From Octopus vulgaris (Eukaryota), in assembly GCA_951406725.2 (NCBI GenBank), contig OX597827.1:38998001-39062000 (forward strand): a stretch of DNA of 64,000 nucleotides. The letters are read 5' to 3'. The notes below the pieces were generated by a model. The model worked only from the letters and a program-made list of their open reading frames with translations, ran no database searches and was not told the DNA's origin. The translations under genes were made by a program, and so were the position numbers. This document shows positions 25,546 to 38,759 of the stretch, in pieces (position 1 is the first letter of the stretch; the number at the start of each line of letters is the position of its first letter).

Positions 25546-27229
25546 TAATAATAAAGTATATATATAGTCCTGTCAATGGTCTCCTCTTTGTATATAAAAA
25601 TATTTTATACACTCTTATATTTTAAAATATATATATATATATATATATATATAGTTGATCCCAGTAGGATTTCAACTCAGAGTGCAGAGAACTGGAACAA
25701 GCATAGCAAGCCAATCCAACAGATGCTCTAACGACTTTACCAAATTGGCTGTACAATGTAGTTCAATATAATCTGAAAAAGACACGATGAACATAGGTGG
25801 AAAGCCTTTCATTTCAGTTCAGTCACGGCTGACCTAGGGCTAAACAACAAAAGCAATAATGACGACATTGACGACAATAACAACAAAATTTTTGTGCCTG
25901 CTAATATGTGAGTCTCTACATAGTCGCTTGATCTACTAGAAATAGCTGTCAAATTTCTCAAATCCTGCACAGTTAACTTTAAAACAAAGAACATATGGGG
26001 TAACGTAAAACTAGGTACTTAATGTCTGAAAAAATAGTGGACAAAATCATCACAGCTGGAGCACCTTCGATTATCGTTGCACTGGATCGGGACTGACCTG
26101 TGGCTAAACAACAGCAAAGTTCATACAAAGCTAGCATGTCAAGATACATGACTGATTTTCGAGCCAATGAAGGAGCCTTTACGTGTAGCTTGATTTTCTT
26201 GAAACAACAGCCATATCTCGCTCAAATCACATCCCACCGTCTTAAACCAGAAATAGGAAGAATATGCATTCGAAAACGTAGTCATAAATACATAAAAAGA
26301 TGGTATCGCTGTGGTTGGAACACCTTTTAATTATAGGACTGTTTGATTAGGATTGACAAAACTAATTTGTCACTTTTGAAATTTGCATACCAGGAATATA
26401 AATGCAAAAAGAATTTCAATGATGTTTCATTTTATGACCCAGAAAGTGAAACTACTGACATCGGTAGACATCGGCATAATAAAATAGAATGAAAGTAAAA
26501 TAATTTTTAGTAGAATTCGGCTAAACACAGCAATGAAGTGAAGCTGGGGGGGAAAGTTTTTCTTTGAAATTGAAATTTTTATTTCGAAATAGGTCACGTG
26601 TATAAAAAATGGTTGACCTTATTGCAGGGCAAGCATCCATGATAATTGTAGATAAAATCATTCACATCGATGAGCTGAGAGGAAAGAATAATGTTGTATG
26701 GGATTGTAGCAGATTTGAAACCGAATTGCAGTATAGATGAGTAGACATGATGGCTGAGACAGTCGTTTCAAGTGATTGGCTGATTAACCAACCAATCAGT
26801 GTTAAGCTATCGCATGATTCGACTCTCAAGAACTTTCTTATTCAGCCTAATATAAAGTTCTTTTTTTCTTTCAGTAACTCCAGAATATTGAAGCAGTCAC
26901 TTGACATCTCCATTTTCATGACAGTTTAGAAGACACAGATTTTGTCATCATGAGTATTGTGTGATTATTTTCCAGTTGTGATAGGCCACCCACAGATTGC
27001 TATATACCAGTTAAATTGTCGTAGCTCCCAGCAGTATGTCTTTCCTGGTGTGTAACTGTCATTGTTATTTTTCATCCAAATACCAACACAGAAAACTCTA
27101 TGTGCAGTAAATGAAGCTTCTGTTAATTGTTCGCGGGTGCTGTTAATCATTTTTATACGCAGCCCTAGTAAGACATTTTCGTTTTTCACCAACATCAAGT
27201 AAACAAACGGTACCTCACAACAGGATATT

Positions 27230-27960
27230 TATACTAGTATGATGAATATTTGAAGTAAAGTGAAGTTAATTGCATTGTTGGGATTAATTCATAATTTAGC
27301 TGTATTCTGTAATGAACTAATACTTTTGGTGAACTGCTGCACATAGCCAGATGGAAAAAGTATGCGGGCATTATCAAATTATTAGACAAGATTCTTTATT
27401 CCTTGGCTATCATATCTCATTGCTTTATCTTGGTGTGCATAAGTACTGATGAGCAATAGTTGGTTGCAAACGCTATGTTGTTAATTGAGCAGATCAATGT
27501 CGGTAGAGAAGCAATAGTTAACTTGTATACTTTAGGGATGTGTATGCTGAGAGGTGTATCAACTATCTTGCACAAATTGGTTAAAACAGTGTGATCGTAG
27601 AGACAGATGAGTCAAAGCACATGCACTGCAAATACCATCGTGGTCATCGTGGTACTGTTATGCTAAGTACCAAGAGAGGCACTTGGTACTTAGCATAACA
27701 GAACGCAACTGCCATTGCTGATCATTTGTTGCCAAATCCCCAATTATAACGTATTGTTGGAATGCTTATCAACGGTTACCAAACCATGATACTGTAAATC
27801 ACATCCTTTATTTTGTAAGCCCAAGAGATCGAGCTACTGACACAAATATGCTTGAAGGAATAAGGAGCATTGTAAAAAATAAATATCGGGCTATGTATGG
27901 TACTTCACTCAATCTTTTCCATATGTACAAAGAACTCTGGATCCACTGCAATTTTTGATA
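27230..27960 (+). pseudogene. Merlin (IS1016/IS1595-like DDE) transposase fossil
   Basis: Manual translation: IRQDSLFLGYHISL, FRDV, IVETDESKHMHCKYHRGH, IITYCWNAYQRL, HDTVNHILYFVSP...TNMLEG, matching Merlin VEIDESK..RKYHRG / SDxWxAY / HxTVNHS..F / TNxIEG. Confidence 0.8.
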
Positions 27961-28990
27961 AACAAAATGTTTGTTTTTTCATACAGTAAAGACAAATACT
28001 GTCGTTACTATGAATGACAAATGTTGAGAGAGTTTGAAATTTATTGTTCTTGGTATGATTGTAATAGCAGTCAAAAAGCTAGCTGCTGGTGACTGTGCTG
28101 TTGTCACCAATCGTTCATTGAGGTTGTTGTCAACTTGGGTCAGTGTCTGTCCACTGTCGTCTGCCATCTTGTATCTGCAGCATCTCAAAGCTCTCTGTCA
28201 TGTAGTTAAGGTGTGCTGAATTTATACTCATGGTTAGATTCAGAAAGAAGCGCGCCAAAAAATGAAATTGTTGCTGGAGCCTATGCTAGATGATGTCGTG
28301 ATTGGTCAGATTTTATTGATCACATGGGTGATTGTTGAATGTTCCCACTACATATAAATATTTTCAGGAATTTACTGGTGACATTTGCACAAAGAAAGCG
28401 TTCTTACACAATTTCTTAAATGCCTTCAACAACATTATCCTATCTAATTCTTATATTTTAGTTTTATTATTAAAAAGATTAAAACAAATCAAAAGTATTT
28501 TTAGAAAAAAGTTTGGATTTTACAATGATTATTTTGTTGTATCAGGTTTGTTTCAATTTAGCTTTCATTTCAAAGAAAGTAATTCTTTCACTCGCATTTC
28601 ACGGCCAAGTTCCAGGCAAATTATAATCTCACCTGGTTTCAATGATTACACTTTCTGAATTATAAAATGAAATATCACAAGAATTTTTGAAACTTCATAA
28701 TATATCATATCATATTACATACATACATAATATATGTATGTATGTGTGTGTGAGTGTGTGCGTGCATGTGTGTATTTATGGATTATATATATAAATATAT
28801 TGATAGAGAGAGAGAGAGAGAAAGAGAAAGAGTCTGTAGTATCTTACATTACTGGAGATAATCATGTTTTTGTTAGAGTCGAGTGTGAGCTAGTGAGAGA
28901 AAGTCTGAAAAGAGCAGTTGATCTGTAAATGTATGAATTTTCTCCACTTAAAATAAATAATATGAACGAACGAATGTGTTGAACAATATA

Positions 28991-30203
28991 CAGGGTGCAT
29001 AAGGTATTTGAGGGCATATCTTTTTGGGGTCATTGCTGCATGTTTTGCTAACTCTATATAATCTTTGTTTCAGAAAATAATAATGGCAGACCCTCAGCTT
29101 ACTCAAGAAATGAAGAAACATGCTGTTACTGTGGTTATAAAGGCTGAGCATAGTTTTAAAAGTTGTCAGATCTTACGTGTACAAAGTTTGTAAGGAGCTA
29201 GAGACTGAAGATGGAAACGTATCACCAGTATCAAAGCATAAAAATGCTCTGAAATCATCAGAACAATTGAATTTATCCAGCAAGTTCAACAAACCATTGA
29301 TTAAAATCCCAGAAAGTCTATGAGGTCAATTGCAAAAGATCTCAATGTGTCAGAAGGAACAGTCAGAAATGTTGTCCACGAAGAAGTCTTATATGATGAG
29401 GAAAGATCAATTTGTTAGAAAAAGCAGAAGAAAATCACTACATCACATCTAAAAGGCTCCTAAACAAATTGAAAAATCTAGCAGAAACAGATTTGATTTA
29501 GTTTTTCTCAAGCGAGGAAAACTTCGACAAAGATCAAAAAGTTAACAGAAGAAATGACATATGGTTGTATGCAGACCCTTCTGAAGTTCCAAGTGTTATG
29601 CATACAAAATTTCCTGCAACTGTCATGGTTTTAGGGGTTGTCAGCAATGAAGGACATGTGATGCCTCCTTACTTCTTTCCACAAGGACTTAGAGTTAAGT
29701 CTGCTGCCTACATTGAGGTCCTGGAAATAATTGTTAAGCCCTGGATAGACAGTGTATGCAATGGAAGGCCATATGCGTTTCAGGAAGACTCTGCACTATC
29801 ACAAATGGCTCTAATAACACAGGAATGGATGGCTGAAAATTTTCATGATCACATAACCCCTAACATTTGGCCTCCTAATTCCCCAGATCTGTCATTACAT
29901 GTGGAACATTGTTGAGAGAGAGGTCAATGAACACACTCATAACACCAAAAATTCTTTGAAAGCTGCCATAGTCAGAGTAATGTCCAAAATGAACCAGGAT
30001 AACTTGATTTGAGTATGTAAATGATTTAGATCTGATATAGAAGCAGTTGTTGAAGCTGAAGGGGGCTTTATTGAATAACATTATAAAAAAAGGTTTATTT
30101 TTATCCTCATAGTATTTTTTTATAAATAAAGTTATTAATTTGTTATTATATATGTTTTTTTTTTATAAACATGAATCTGTCTTCAAATATCTTATGCACC
30201 CTC
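28991..30203 (+). mobile_element. Full-length but decayed maT (DD37D)-like Tc1/mariner transposon
   Basis: TIRs cagggtgcataaggtatttgag / ttcaaatatcttatgcaccctc, TA flanks; ORF 29565-29915 VMVLGVVS...FQEDSA...WPPNSPDL. Confidence 0.9.
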
Positions 30204-31804
30204 TACTTTATCTTAACTAAAACTGTTTTCTCAATTTTAGATTTTCAAATATGTTCATATTATTTTCTGAGACTCTTCTTTAGAGTTTTAGTTTCTATTG
30301 ACAAAAATTGCTTGAGAATTGCCATGGACAACAGCAAATATGTATTGATAACCTTTAGTAAACTAAAGCTTCTCCCTCTCCAGTGGTCACAGTTACAGAT
30401 ATCATAAACATTATTCATGATACAACCCACAGATATGGCATGGCATCCTTTGCTGCTGAATAACTCTAACAGATTCTAAAGGAAGTTTTACATCTCCAGG
30501 AAATAATTCTTCCGCAATATCTAATTCAGAGCATGATTCCAGTCATTAATTGCAAATTTTTCTTTAAAAAATGACTTATCTGAGAAGCCAAAAGAAATTT
30601 GCGACAACAAAAGCAATAAATTTCATTGGTGCACTCTGAGTAAACAAGCCGCCTTCTCAGGAGAATGTTCAGTTGTTAATTTTTCTATACATCATTGCCA
30701 CAGAAAAACTGTTTGTTTGTATACTTTGGAAAACTATACTGCCTTATTTATAAAAAGAGACTTGTTCAAAAGGACGTGATCAGCTTGCGCTAAAAATAAT
30801 TCATTCAGACTGTGTATGGAATCATGGTAGCTGACATATATTTTGAGAGAGAGAAAGAAAGAGAGCAAGTAGACAGCCTTTTGCAAATTCGAACCGAGAA
30901 TGATTAAGTTTGAAAATCAAAATGGCATGTGAATAATATTTGGCAATGTTGACTAGAGATAACTGCCTCTAGTGATTAATATTACCATACTTGGTAAAGT
31001 GGCAAGCTGGCAGAATCGTTAGTACACCGAGAACAAAATTGCTTACCAGTATTTTGTCTGTCTTTACATTCTGAGTTCAAATTCCACCAAGGTCGACTTT
31101 ACCTTTGATCCTTTCGGAGTCGATAAAATAAGAACTTGCTGGCCTTGTCCCAAAATTTCAAACCAGTATTACTATGTTTGGTAATGTGGACCAGGGTTAA
31201 TTTTAAGTATATCCCTGAACTCTGTAATAATGTCTACTGACATTGTTTTGCAGCCAATTATTCTTGACATTAGTGTTTGATAAGCATTGATAAAAAAAAA
31301 AGTTTAATTTTCACACCTAAAGGTCTTATTGAACGTTCTAGAACTTTTCAGTGAGCTTATTTTTATATATATGTGTGTGTGTGTGTGCATGCGTGTGTGT
31401 ATTTGTATGTCTCTTTGTATGTATGTAATTATGTATGTATGTATGTAAAACAGCATTCGACACTCTGTAGGGATTTTTCATATTACAGCCAAAGGTAATG
31501 TGTCTTTAGGCCCATGTCTAATGTCTCTTGCCTTTAACTCTCTCTTCCAGATTTTATTCTGTTTATTTGTGTTGTAACCGGAGACTATGTCCCACATTTA
31601 TGTGAAATAGCTCGCACTTTGGGCAGTTTCCTTATTTCTTTATCTACACACATCACAATCAGCAATACAACAACTCGTACATTATGCATATTAAAGTGCT
31701 GATATTAATGATAAATATTGTTGATGATAATTGTTTCTTCTCAATTGATTATTTAACATGTTAATCATAACACAACTACAAGAGTTTTAAAATTTACTTT
31801 TTGA

Positions 31805-32070
31805 CCCATTGCCTGTCTTATGTGGTACAAAGGGCATGTTGTCTGTCCATGTGATACATAGGGCATTTTACCCTAGCCCTGGCATCCATACGATACACAT
31901 CATATATGATACACATTCCTAATGTTTTTCAACCACCAGAGTAACTTTTAACTTATGAAAGAAAAGCTTTACGTTACTCAGAACGCATTGAACAAAAGCT
32001 AACTAAAAGTCTTAGAACAAGCTCGGACGTCTTAGACAAACTCATGAAAATCCTTTGGACAGGTAAAGAG
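31805..32070. mobile_element. piggyBac-like MITE
   Basis: ttga|cccattgcctgtc ... gacaggtaaagag|ttaa: imperfect 13-bp TIRs with TTAA-like flanks. Confidence 0.5.
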
Positions 32071-32119
32071 TTAAAATTCTCAGAATTCCCTACTATGACA
32101 TTATTACTGAAGTCTTCAA

Positions 32120-32340
32120 GGCAGTGAGCTGGCAGAATTGCTCGCACGCCGAGTGAAAAATGCTTAGCAGTATTTCATCTTCCGCTACATTCTGAGTTCA
32201 AATTCTGCTGAGGTCAACTTTGCCTTTCATCCTTTCGGGGTCGATAAATTAAGTACCAGTGAAGTGCTGGAGTTGATGTAATCGACTACCCCCTTCCCAC
32301 AAATTCCAGGCCCTGTGCTTGTAATAGAAAGAATTATTAT
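32120..32340 (+). mobile_element. Meta-core tRNA SINE (other copies: 30995-31165 +, 37490-37630 -, 52495-52615 -, 57075-57235 -, 57870-58045 +, 58573-58765 -, 58795-58915 +)
   Basis: ggcagtgagctggcagaat head; tttgcctttcatcctttcggggtcgataaattaagtaccag core. Confidence 0.9.
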
Positions 32341-32594
32341 TGAAGTCTTTAGCAATATCGCTAATGCAATCACACTGTGATGCTTTGGTCTGCGTGTAGT
32401 CTCTTCCTTTCAAAAGGCACAGTGTTTTTACAAACATAAAATGAAAATTTGGAGAAATAAATGTATTATAGCTAAAGAAGTTGCATCTGCATGGTTCTCA
32501 TATTCACCATACATACTATTTTTTAATTTCAGTATAATTACCACAAAATAAAAACATTTATTAAGAACACACACCCGAAGATTGAGAAACATGT

Positions 32595-32945
32595 ACCCCA
32601 CGTGGAGTTCCTCCAAAGGGTCTCTAGAGTAATGCTACTCAACAGGGTATGTAGCTCGGAGATCAAGCCACTTCTTCTTTGCATTGAGAAGTCACAGCTC
32701 TGCTATAGACAAGTGATCAGAGTGTCACAGGTAAAAATCACAAGATGGATTCTTCAAGCTGAGTCAACTGCCAAGAGACCTAAGGGTAGACCAAGAACGG
32801 AATGACTGGAAAATATTCGTAGTCTCAGTCGGTCATGCTTGGGAATACAGGCAGAAAGTCAAATGATTGGATTCTAGGGAGGAAGTAACTGAGGACTCTA
32901 CCACAACAACCCTCCTAGGAATAGCGGAACTAGGAATAGTGGAGG
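32595..32945 (+). mobile_element. RTE-clade LINE 3' end
   Basis: MEFLQRVS...IEKSQL...KRPKGRPRT; runs directly into the (GAA)n tract. Confidence 0.75.
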
Positions 32946-33163
32946 AAGAAGAAGAAGAAGAAGAAGGAGAAGGAGAAGAAGAAGAAGAAGAAGAAGAAGA
33001 AGAAGAAGAAGAAGAAGAAGAAGAAGAAGAAGAAGAAGAAGAAGAAGAAGAAGAAGAAGAAGAAGAAGAAGAAGAAGAAGAAGAAGAAGAAGAAGAAGAA
33101 GAAGAAGAAGAAGAAGAAGAAGAAGAAGAAGAAGAAGAAGAAGAAGAAGAAGAAGAAGAAGAA
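32945..33163. repeat. (GAA)n trinucleotide tract, about 70 units
   Basis: Directly visible. Confidence 0.98.
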
Positions 33164-33189
33164 ATTAATAACATATTCCTTGATAGGCC

Positions 33190-33320
33190 CAGACATGGCT
33201 ATGTGGTAAAAAGCTTGCTTCTCGATGACATGGTTTTGGATAAGTGTCTTCTAATAGAGCCTTGGGCTGACCAAAGCCTTGTGAGTGGATTTGGTAGACA
33301 AAAACTGGAAGAAGCTCATC

Positions 33321-33363
<43 letters not shown>

Positions 33364-33603
33364 TACTACATGAGTGTGTGTTTTTTGTCTCTGTTTGTCC
33401 CCTACCACCACCTGACAACCAGTGTTGGTGTGTTTACGACCCCGTAACTTAGCTGTTCGGCCGATAGAATAAGTACCAGGCTTAGCAAGACATTTAAGTA
33501 CTGAAGTCGATTCATTCGACCAAAAATTCTTCAAGGCAGTACCCCAGCATGGCTGCAGTCTAATGACTGGAACAAGTAATAGCTAAAAGATAAAAAGTAA
33601 AAG
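33190..33603 (+). mobile_element. Octopus-type tRNA SINE, diverged
   Basis: Colinear with the 11142 family. Confidence 0.8.
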
Positions 33604-33882
33604 ATTTAAAATTAGATTTCAAACAATGTTTTACAGCTAAGGTTAGGTTTTAGAATTCAACATTTACAACCATTTGAGCATAAAATACAAACTGCTGTAT
33701 ATTTTATTATATCTTAATTTGCAGAATTTTCACATTCTTCCCCTTTGTATTTGGAAGATCCTGTACACATGACCCAGAACTCTGTAGCACATAGTGCTCT
33801 GAAAGTTGCCTGAATTTCCGGTACTTTCAACGAGCCCTATGTATTATACACATACACACGCTCATACATACATATATACATA

Positions 33883-34080
33883 ATGTGACCACGTGTGTAC
33901 CGTTGGCGATTTTTTTCCTGTCTTCCCTTCTCTGGATCTTTCCTTCTCCTATGCTTCCAACGAAGAGCTTCGCTCGAAACGTTAAACCCTCCTTCTTTCC
34001 TGAGCGTCCAATAATACAATATTTGTTCCACGTCCTCGCGTCGTTGTGTTTTTTGTGCTTCCATGTTTGGATTAACTTTA
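33883..34080 (+). mobile_element. Penelope-like pLTR remnant with hammerhead relic (33953-33987)
   Basis: gctt-ccaacga-a-gagc(ttc)gctc-gaaa-cg-tt-aaac; similar to the minus-strand copy at 38760-38905. Confidence 0.6.
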
Positions 34081-35567
34081 CATACATACGTGCATGCATG
34101 CATACATACATACATGAGTGGTTGGCGTTAGGAAGGACATCCAGCTGTAGAAACTTTGCCAGATCAGATTGGAGCCTGGTGTAGCCTTCTGGCTTGCCAG
34201 TCCTCAGTCAAACCATCCAACCCATGCCAGCAAGGAAAGCGGACGTTAAACGATGACAATGATGATGACACATTATCCTGTACTCAGTTCCTCGTCGTCT
34301 GCGACTTCTGTAGGCACAACTCTGATTTTGAGATTAGGTTCCTTTAAATGATTTGCTTTTCCTCCAACGTAGTTTCTTCCAACCAGCCATCAACGATGCC
34401 CTCTCTCGTACCCCTAGACTTTGATCACACGCTTGCTCTCTTGTCACATACCTACTGCCTCACCTGGTGCATTCTCTTCCTCTCACCATCGATCTTGCCA
34501 CCAGACACTCCAGTTTACCGATTTACACAACTTCCCCCAATCCGACTCTGCCACTTCTTACATCTTTACTGAATAACTTCCCTCCTCTTTTAGGCATGAC
34601 TCCAAACTGTGCAAATTTCTGGTTCACAGTTTTCTTCATCCTTTCCATGTCCAATTTTGTTCGCTTGCATGTTCACACTTTATCATACTGTCAAGGGCAT
34701 TACACCCTGCACAGACTGAGGTTCACTTTCTATTCACTGGTCGCTTCAGTTGCACTCCATAAAATGTAATTTATTACATCAGATGCCAACTTTGGAGTAT
34801 ATTATTCATAGGAGAAACTGCACATCAAACTCTTTCAGTGCATAACTGACTGTAATCATCACTCAACACAATTTCTTCAGCCAGAAACCATATAATCTCC
34901 ATCACCTTCGTTTCATCATTATTCACTGTGCTACTTCAGTAAAGAATACATTTTCACTCCAACAAATTATTTTCCATTCTTCTTTCCGTATCTCTCTTGA
35001 GAAAAGACAAATTATCTGAAACGTCAAAATCTCTTCCTTTCCCTTCATTTTCTTCTTTGCATTATACACTGACTTTGTACTTTTTTGCTTCTTTATACAT
35101 ACATACATACAATGCATCCTGTGAACAAACAAAGCACATACATTATGTGCAATCAATAATGATTACAGTACTAGCACTGCTTTTAATTCATTACTGAATT
35201 TAATCTTACACATGCATCGTCATGGCATGTCAGCAAATAGTTTTTACACTATTTATATATAGTCAAAGACTGGCAATTTGATTTGTTCCCGGTTTGATTC
35301 AGGCATGTGATGTTGATAAGCCACAAAAATGGTGAAATATTGGTATCCATCACTCCACAATTTGATGGGAGGTGAGTTGTCTCATCTGTCTATGACTTTC
35401 AGGTATTTTAACACCCAGCATTATGAGGGAGTCATCCCCAATCGCTATACTGCAGCAAACTGGCAAACAAACAAAACACCTATATTGAGTATGTGTGATC
35501 GATAATGTTTATGCATGTATCTGTATATGTGTGTGTACATGCGTGTGCCTGCATGCATGTATATAAG

Positions 35568-35875
35568 ATGCATGACTCAGTGGTTAGAGTGACGGGCTCA
35601 CAATCATGAGGTAGTGAGTTCGATTCTTGGACTGCTCTGTGTTGTGTTCTGAGCGAGACACTTTATTTCATGTAGCTCCAGTTCATTCAACTGTAGAAAT
35701 GAGTTGTGATGTCACTGGCACCATGTTGTAATCGACCTTTGCCTTTCCCTTGGATAACATTTGAGGCATGGAAAGGGGAGGCTTGTATGCATGGTGATTT
35801 CTCCCCTGAGAGTAACTTTCTAGGTGCAATCCCATGGCCATTCATGACCGAAGGGAGTCTTTACCATTTTACCCT
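35568..35875 (+). mobile_element. tRNA-derived SINE, third family (also 60100-60440 and diverged 49860-50020)
   Basis: tgactcagtggttagag A-box, gagttcgattc B-box, ctccagttca..ca.ctgtagaaatgagttg body shared between copies. Confidence 0.85.
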
Positions 35876-36319
35876 TTACTCTATAATGTATATCATTTTC
35901 CACAAAGGTTTTGGAGTTACAAAATTTTTGGAGTTACTGAAATGGCCACAATTTTCAAAAGTGTTTATGTTTCAAGTTTTAAACATTCATTTTCACTGCT
36001 TAGTTTACCTGACTTTAATGTATATGCACTTTGTTGGCATATCGTATAGACTTTGTTAGCATACCAGCATATCGTTTAATATCGTCACTGGTTGGCATGT
36101 GTGTTTGTGTGTAAATATATATATTCAGGTTGAAAGGTACAGTGACTCTTGCATGTCTATCAGCAATTAATTGAATTTCATATTGAAATTCACCTATTAA
36201 ATTTTTAAAAAGTTTATTCATTTAATAATCAATATTTATAGTTTTAGTCTGTCTAGGAAGACTCCTTTCCACAACCAGAGAGCAGAGACATCTCTATCAC
36301 AAATATGCTGCTGTGATTA

Positions 36320-37339
36320 TTACCTTGGCCTTAGCGAAGGCGGAGGTATTGTTTGCAGTCGTATTTATTAGTCTGTGGACAAGATATCTCAAGAACTGCT
36401 GGATGGATTCAGATGAAACTTTCAGGATGTTTGGCCTTGTGACTGGCATGAACAGATTAGATTTTGGGATCGATAATTGTTATATTTACTTTACATGAAG
36501 TATTATAATCTTACGTTCTTTCAAGTCTTTCCCTGATCATCTCCCTTCAAAGCACACTCATGGTTTCCATGTAAGTTATGATGGTGTTGCTGTTTCCAAA
36601 GTTTTATTTTCATTTCTCTATTATTAATTTTACTTGTGTCTCTATCTTAGTAGAAACTGATGGATAAAGAAATCAAACTACATAAACAAATGGCAGCAAA
36701 ACCATTCAGAAATTAAATAACACTAACATATTCAGTGACAATAATAAATTTAATTTATCTTTGTGACAATTTTTAGTTTTACCAATTTTGAATATATCAC
36801 TCGTTTAAAACCTCTTACCTATTTGACAAGTGCATTTCTAGCTCTGCCTTGAAGGAAACTTTACTTCTTGGACTCACGTTTTTATGCACAACGATGTTGT
36901 TAAACCTCTGTTAACAGCACTGTATGCAGGTCTTTTCCATTTTCTATCATGAATGGATAAATTTTTCACTATAGACCTTAATGGTCGTAAAGACACTGTA
37001 TCATTGGATAGACTAAAAAAAAGCCTTCATAGAGAAAACTGTCCCTGTTCCCACTGCAGACGACACACACAACATTACAAACACGGCCAGCACACCCACC
37101 TTCACATTCCATGACAACCATTGGGATCGATCAGGTATTGGACAAGAATTCTGGATTATTGTTCTGTTTTTTTTTTACTTAATTTTTGAAAGCAGTTGGG
37201 TTTATTTTTAGTATTCTCGTTTGTGAGAGCAGTTAAGTTTATTTCAGATATTCTCATTTTAAAAATAATCTCCGGCTAATCGTTGAGAGGACATTGGTGC
37301 TGCCTTGGCAGAGGTTTGTGCTCTCTGAGTGCTCTTGTT
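36320..37339 (+). mobile_element. Helentron-associated (HINE/DINE-1-like) element split by a 646-bp insertion
   Basis: 5' ttaccttggcc...ggcggaggta; 3' ggcagaggt plus gtgctctctgagtgc hairpin ending in ttgtt; ttgggatcgat duplicated at 36464 and 37121. Confidence 0.65.
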
Positions 37340-37639
37340 GTTGTTGTTATTATTATCTTCTTCCTTCAGTTTTGTTTCCATTTCTTGCCAAGTGTCTTCC
37401 CAATACCTAGGGCAGAGAAAATAATAATAATAATATTAATAATAATAATGATGATAATGTTGATAATGATGATGATGATGATGATGATAATTTCAAATTT
37501 TGGAAGAAGGCCAGCAATTTCAGGGGTGGGGGGTAAATTGATAACATCGATCCCAGTGTTCAACTGGTACTTATTTTATCGACCCCGAAAGGATGAAAGA
37601 CAAAGCTGACCTCGGTGGAATTTGAATCAACAACAACAA

Positions 37640-38390
37640 CATAGCAGCTCAAGATCTAGAGTTAAAAACAAACAACTTGAGGAAATATGTGTATGGATAG
37701 ATGTCAGCAAAATGTTGAGTGTGTGGAATTTGGGATGAAACAATGGCATACATTGTTGCAGAATGTCCAAAATTGGCTCAGGGAGAATATAAGAAATGGA
37801 GACATGACCAAGTTGTGAAATTTTTGCACTGGATGCTTTGTCAGAGACGAGGATTTTAAGCTGGAAGTATTTCGTATGATCATCGGGTTGATAGAGTGCC
37901 TGAGTTGGAGAAATGCAAGATTTTATGTGATTTTCCTATTCAAATGGATAAGAAGCTAGAAAACAATAAACCAGACATAACAATAATTGACAACGAAAAG
38001 CGAAGTTACTTACTAATTGATCTATCACGTCCGTTTGATCCTAGGATTGTAAAGGAAGAAGATGAAAAGTTAAATAAATGCAAACCCATAAAATTTGAAA
38101 TTGCGAGAATTTGGAGTATGAAAACCGGAAAGGTTGCGCCTGTAATAATTGATGCATTAGGAACCGTGTGTAAAGATATAGAGAAATGGTTGAAGGAGAT
38201 TTGAATAAAATATCCTGTAGAGTTTCTACAGAAAGTTTATCTCTAAGGGACAGGAAAGATTATCAGAAAAGTTTTGAGCACTTGAAAGATTATTGAAAGC
38301 TTATGGATAACTGAAGTTACAGGCAATAACTGCTACTCACATAAATTCTATTAGGAATAACAACAAATCTGAGTCAAATCGCACAATAAT
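37640..38390 (+). mobile_element. R4/Dong-clade LINE 3' fragment (Zn-knuckle remnant plus RLE)
   Basis: IAAQD..., AECPKLAQGEYKKWRHDQV, NKPDITII, APVIIDALGTV. Confidence 0.85.
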
Positions 38391-38759
38391 ATACATACTT
38401 TATTATCTAATATATGAGTGCCTGCTTTTATCTGATTTTTTATTAGACAACTATATGTATATATTGTTATATTTGGAGATGGTCATTTTACCAATAAAAA
38501 CACGCATTATTTATTTGATCTTCACTTTAGCTTTATCATTATTATTAGTTTATTTGTCAGGATTCTTTTGTCACACATTCTGTGACCTCTTCAAAGACTT
38601 TCTCTTTCTCGTTCGCATCAAGAATCATGGAAAACAAATACATAAACGTGTATGTATGTATGTGTGTGTGTGTGTATATGTATGTATGTATTGTGTATGT
38701 ATGTATGTATGTATGTATGAATGAATGTATGTATGTATATAGTTAATCCCCAAAAAAAA

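Noticed and set aside
32833-33373. Poly-E, poly-S and poly-F ORFs
   Set aside because: Readings of the (GAA)n microsatellite
34280-34930. Possible LINE fragment on minus (also 60450-60930)
   Set aside because: Composition suggests decayed retroelement ORFs but no diagnostic motif could be read confidently
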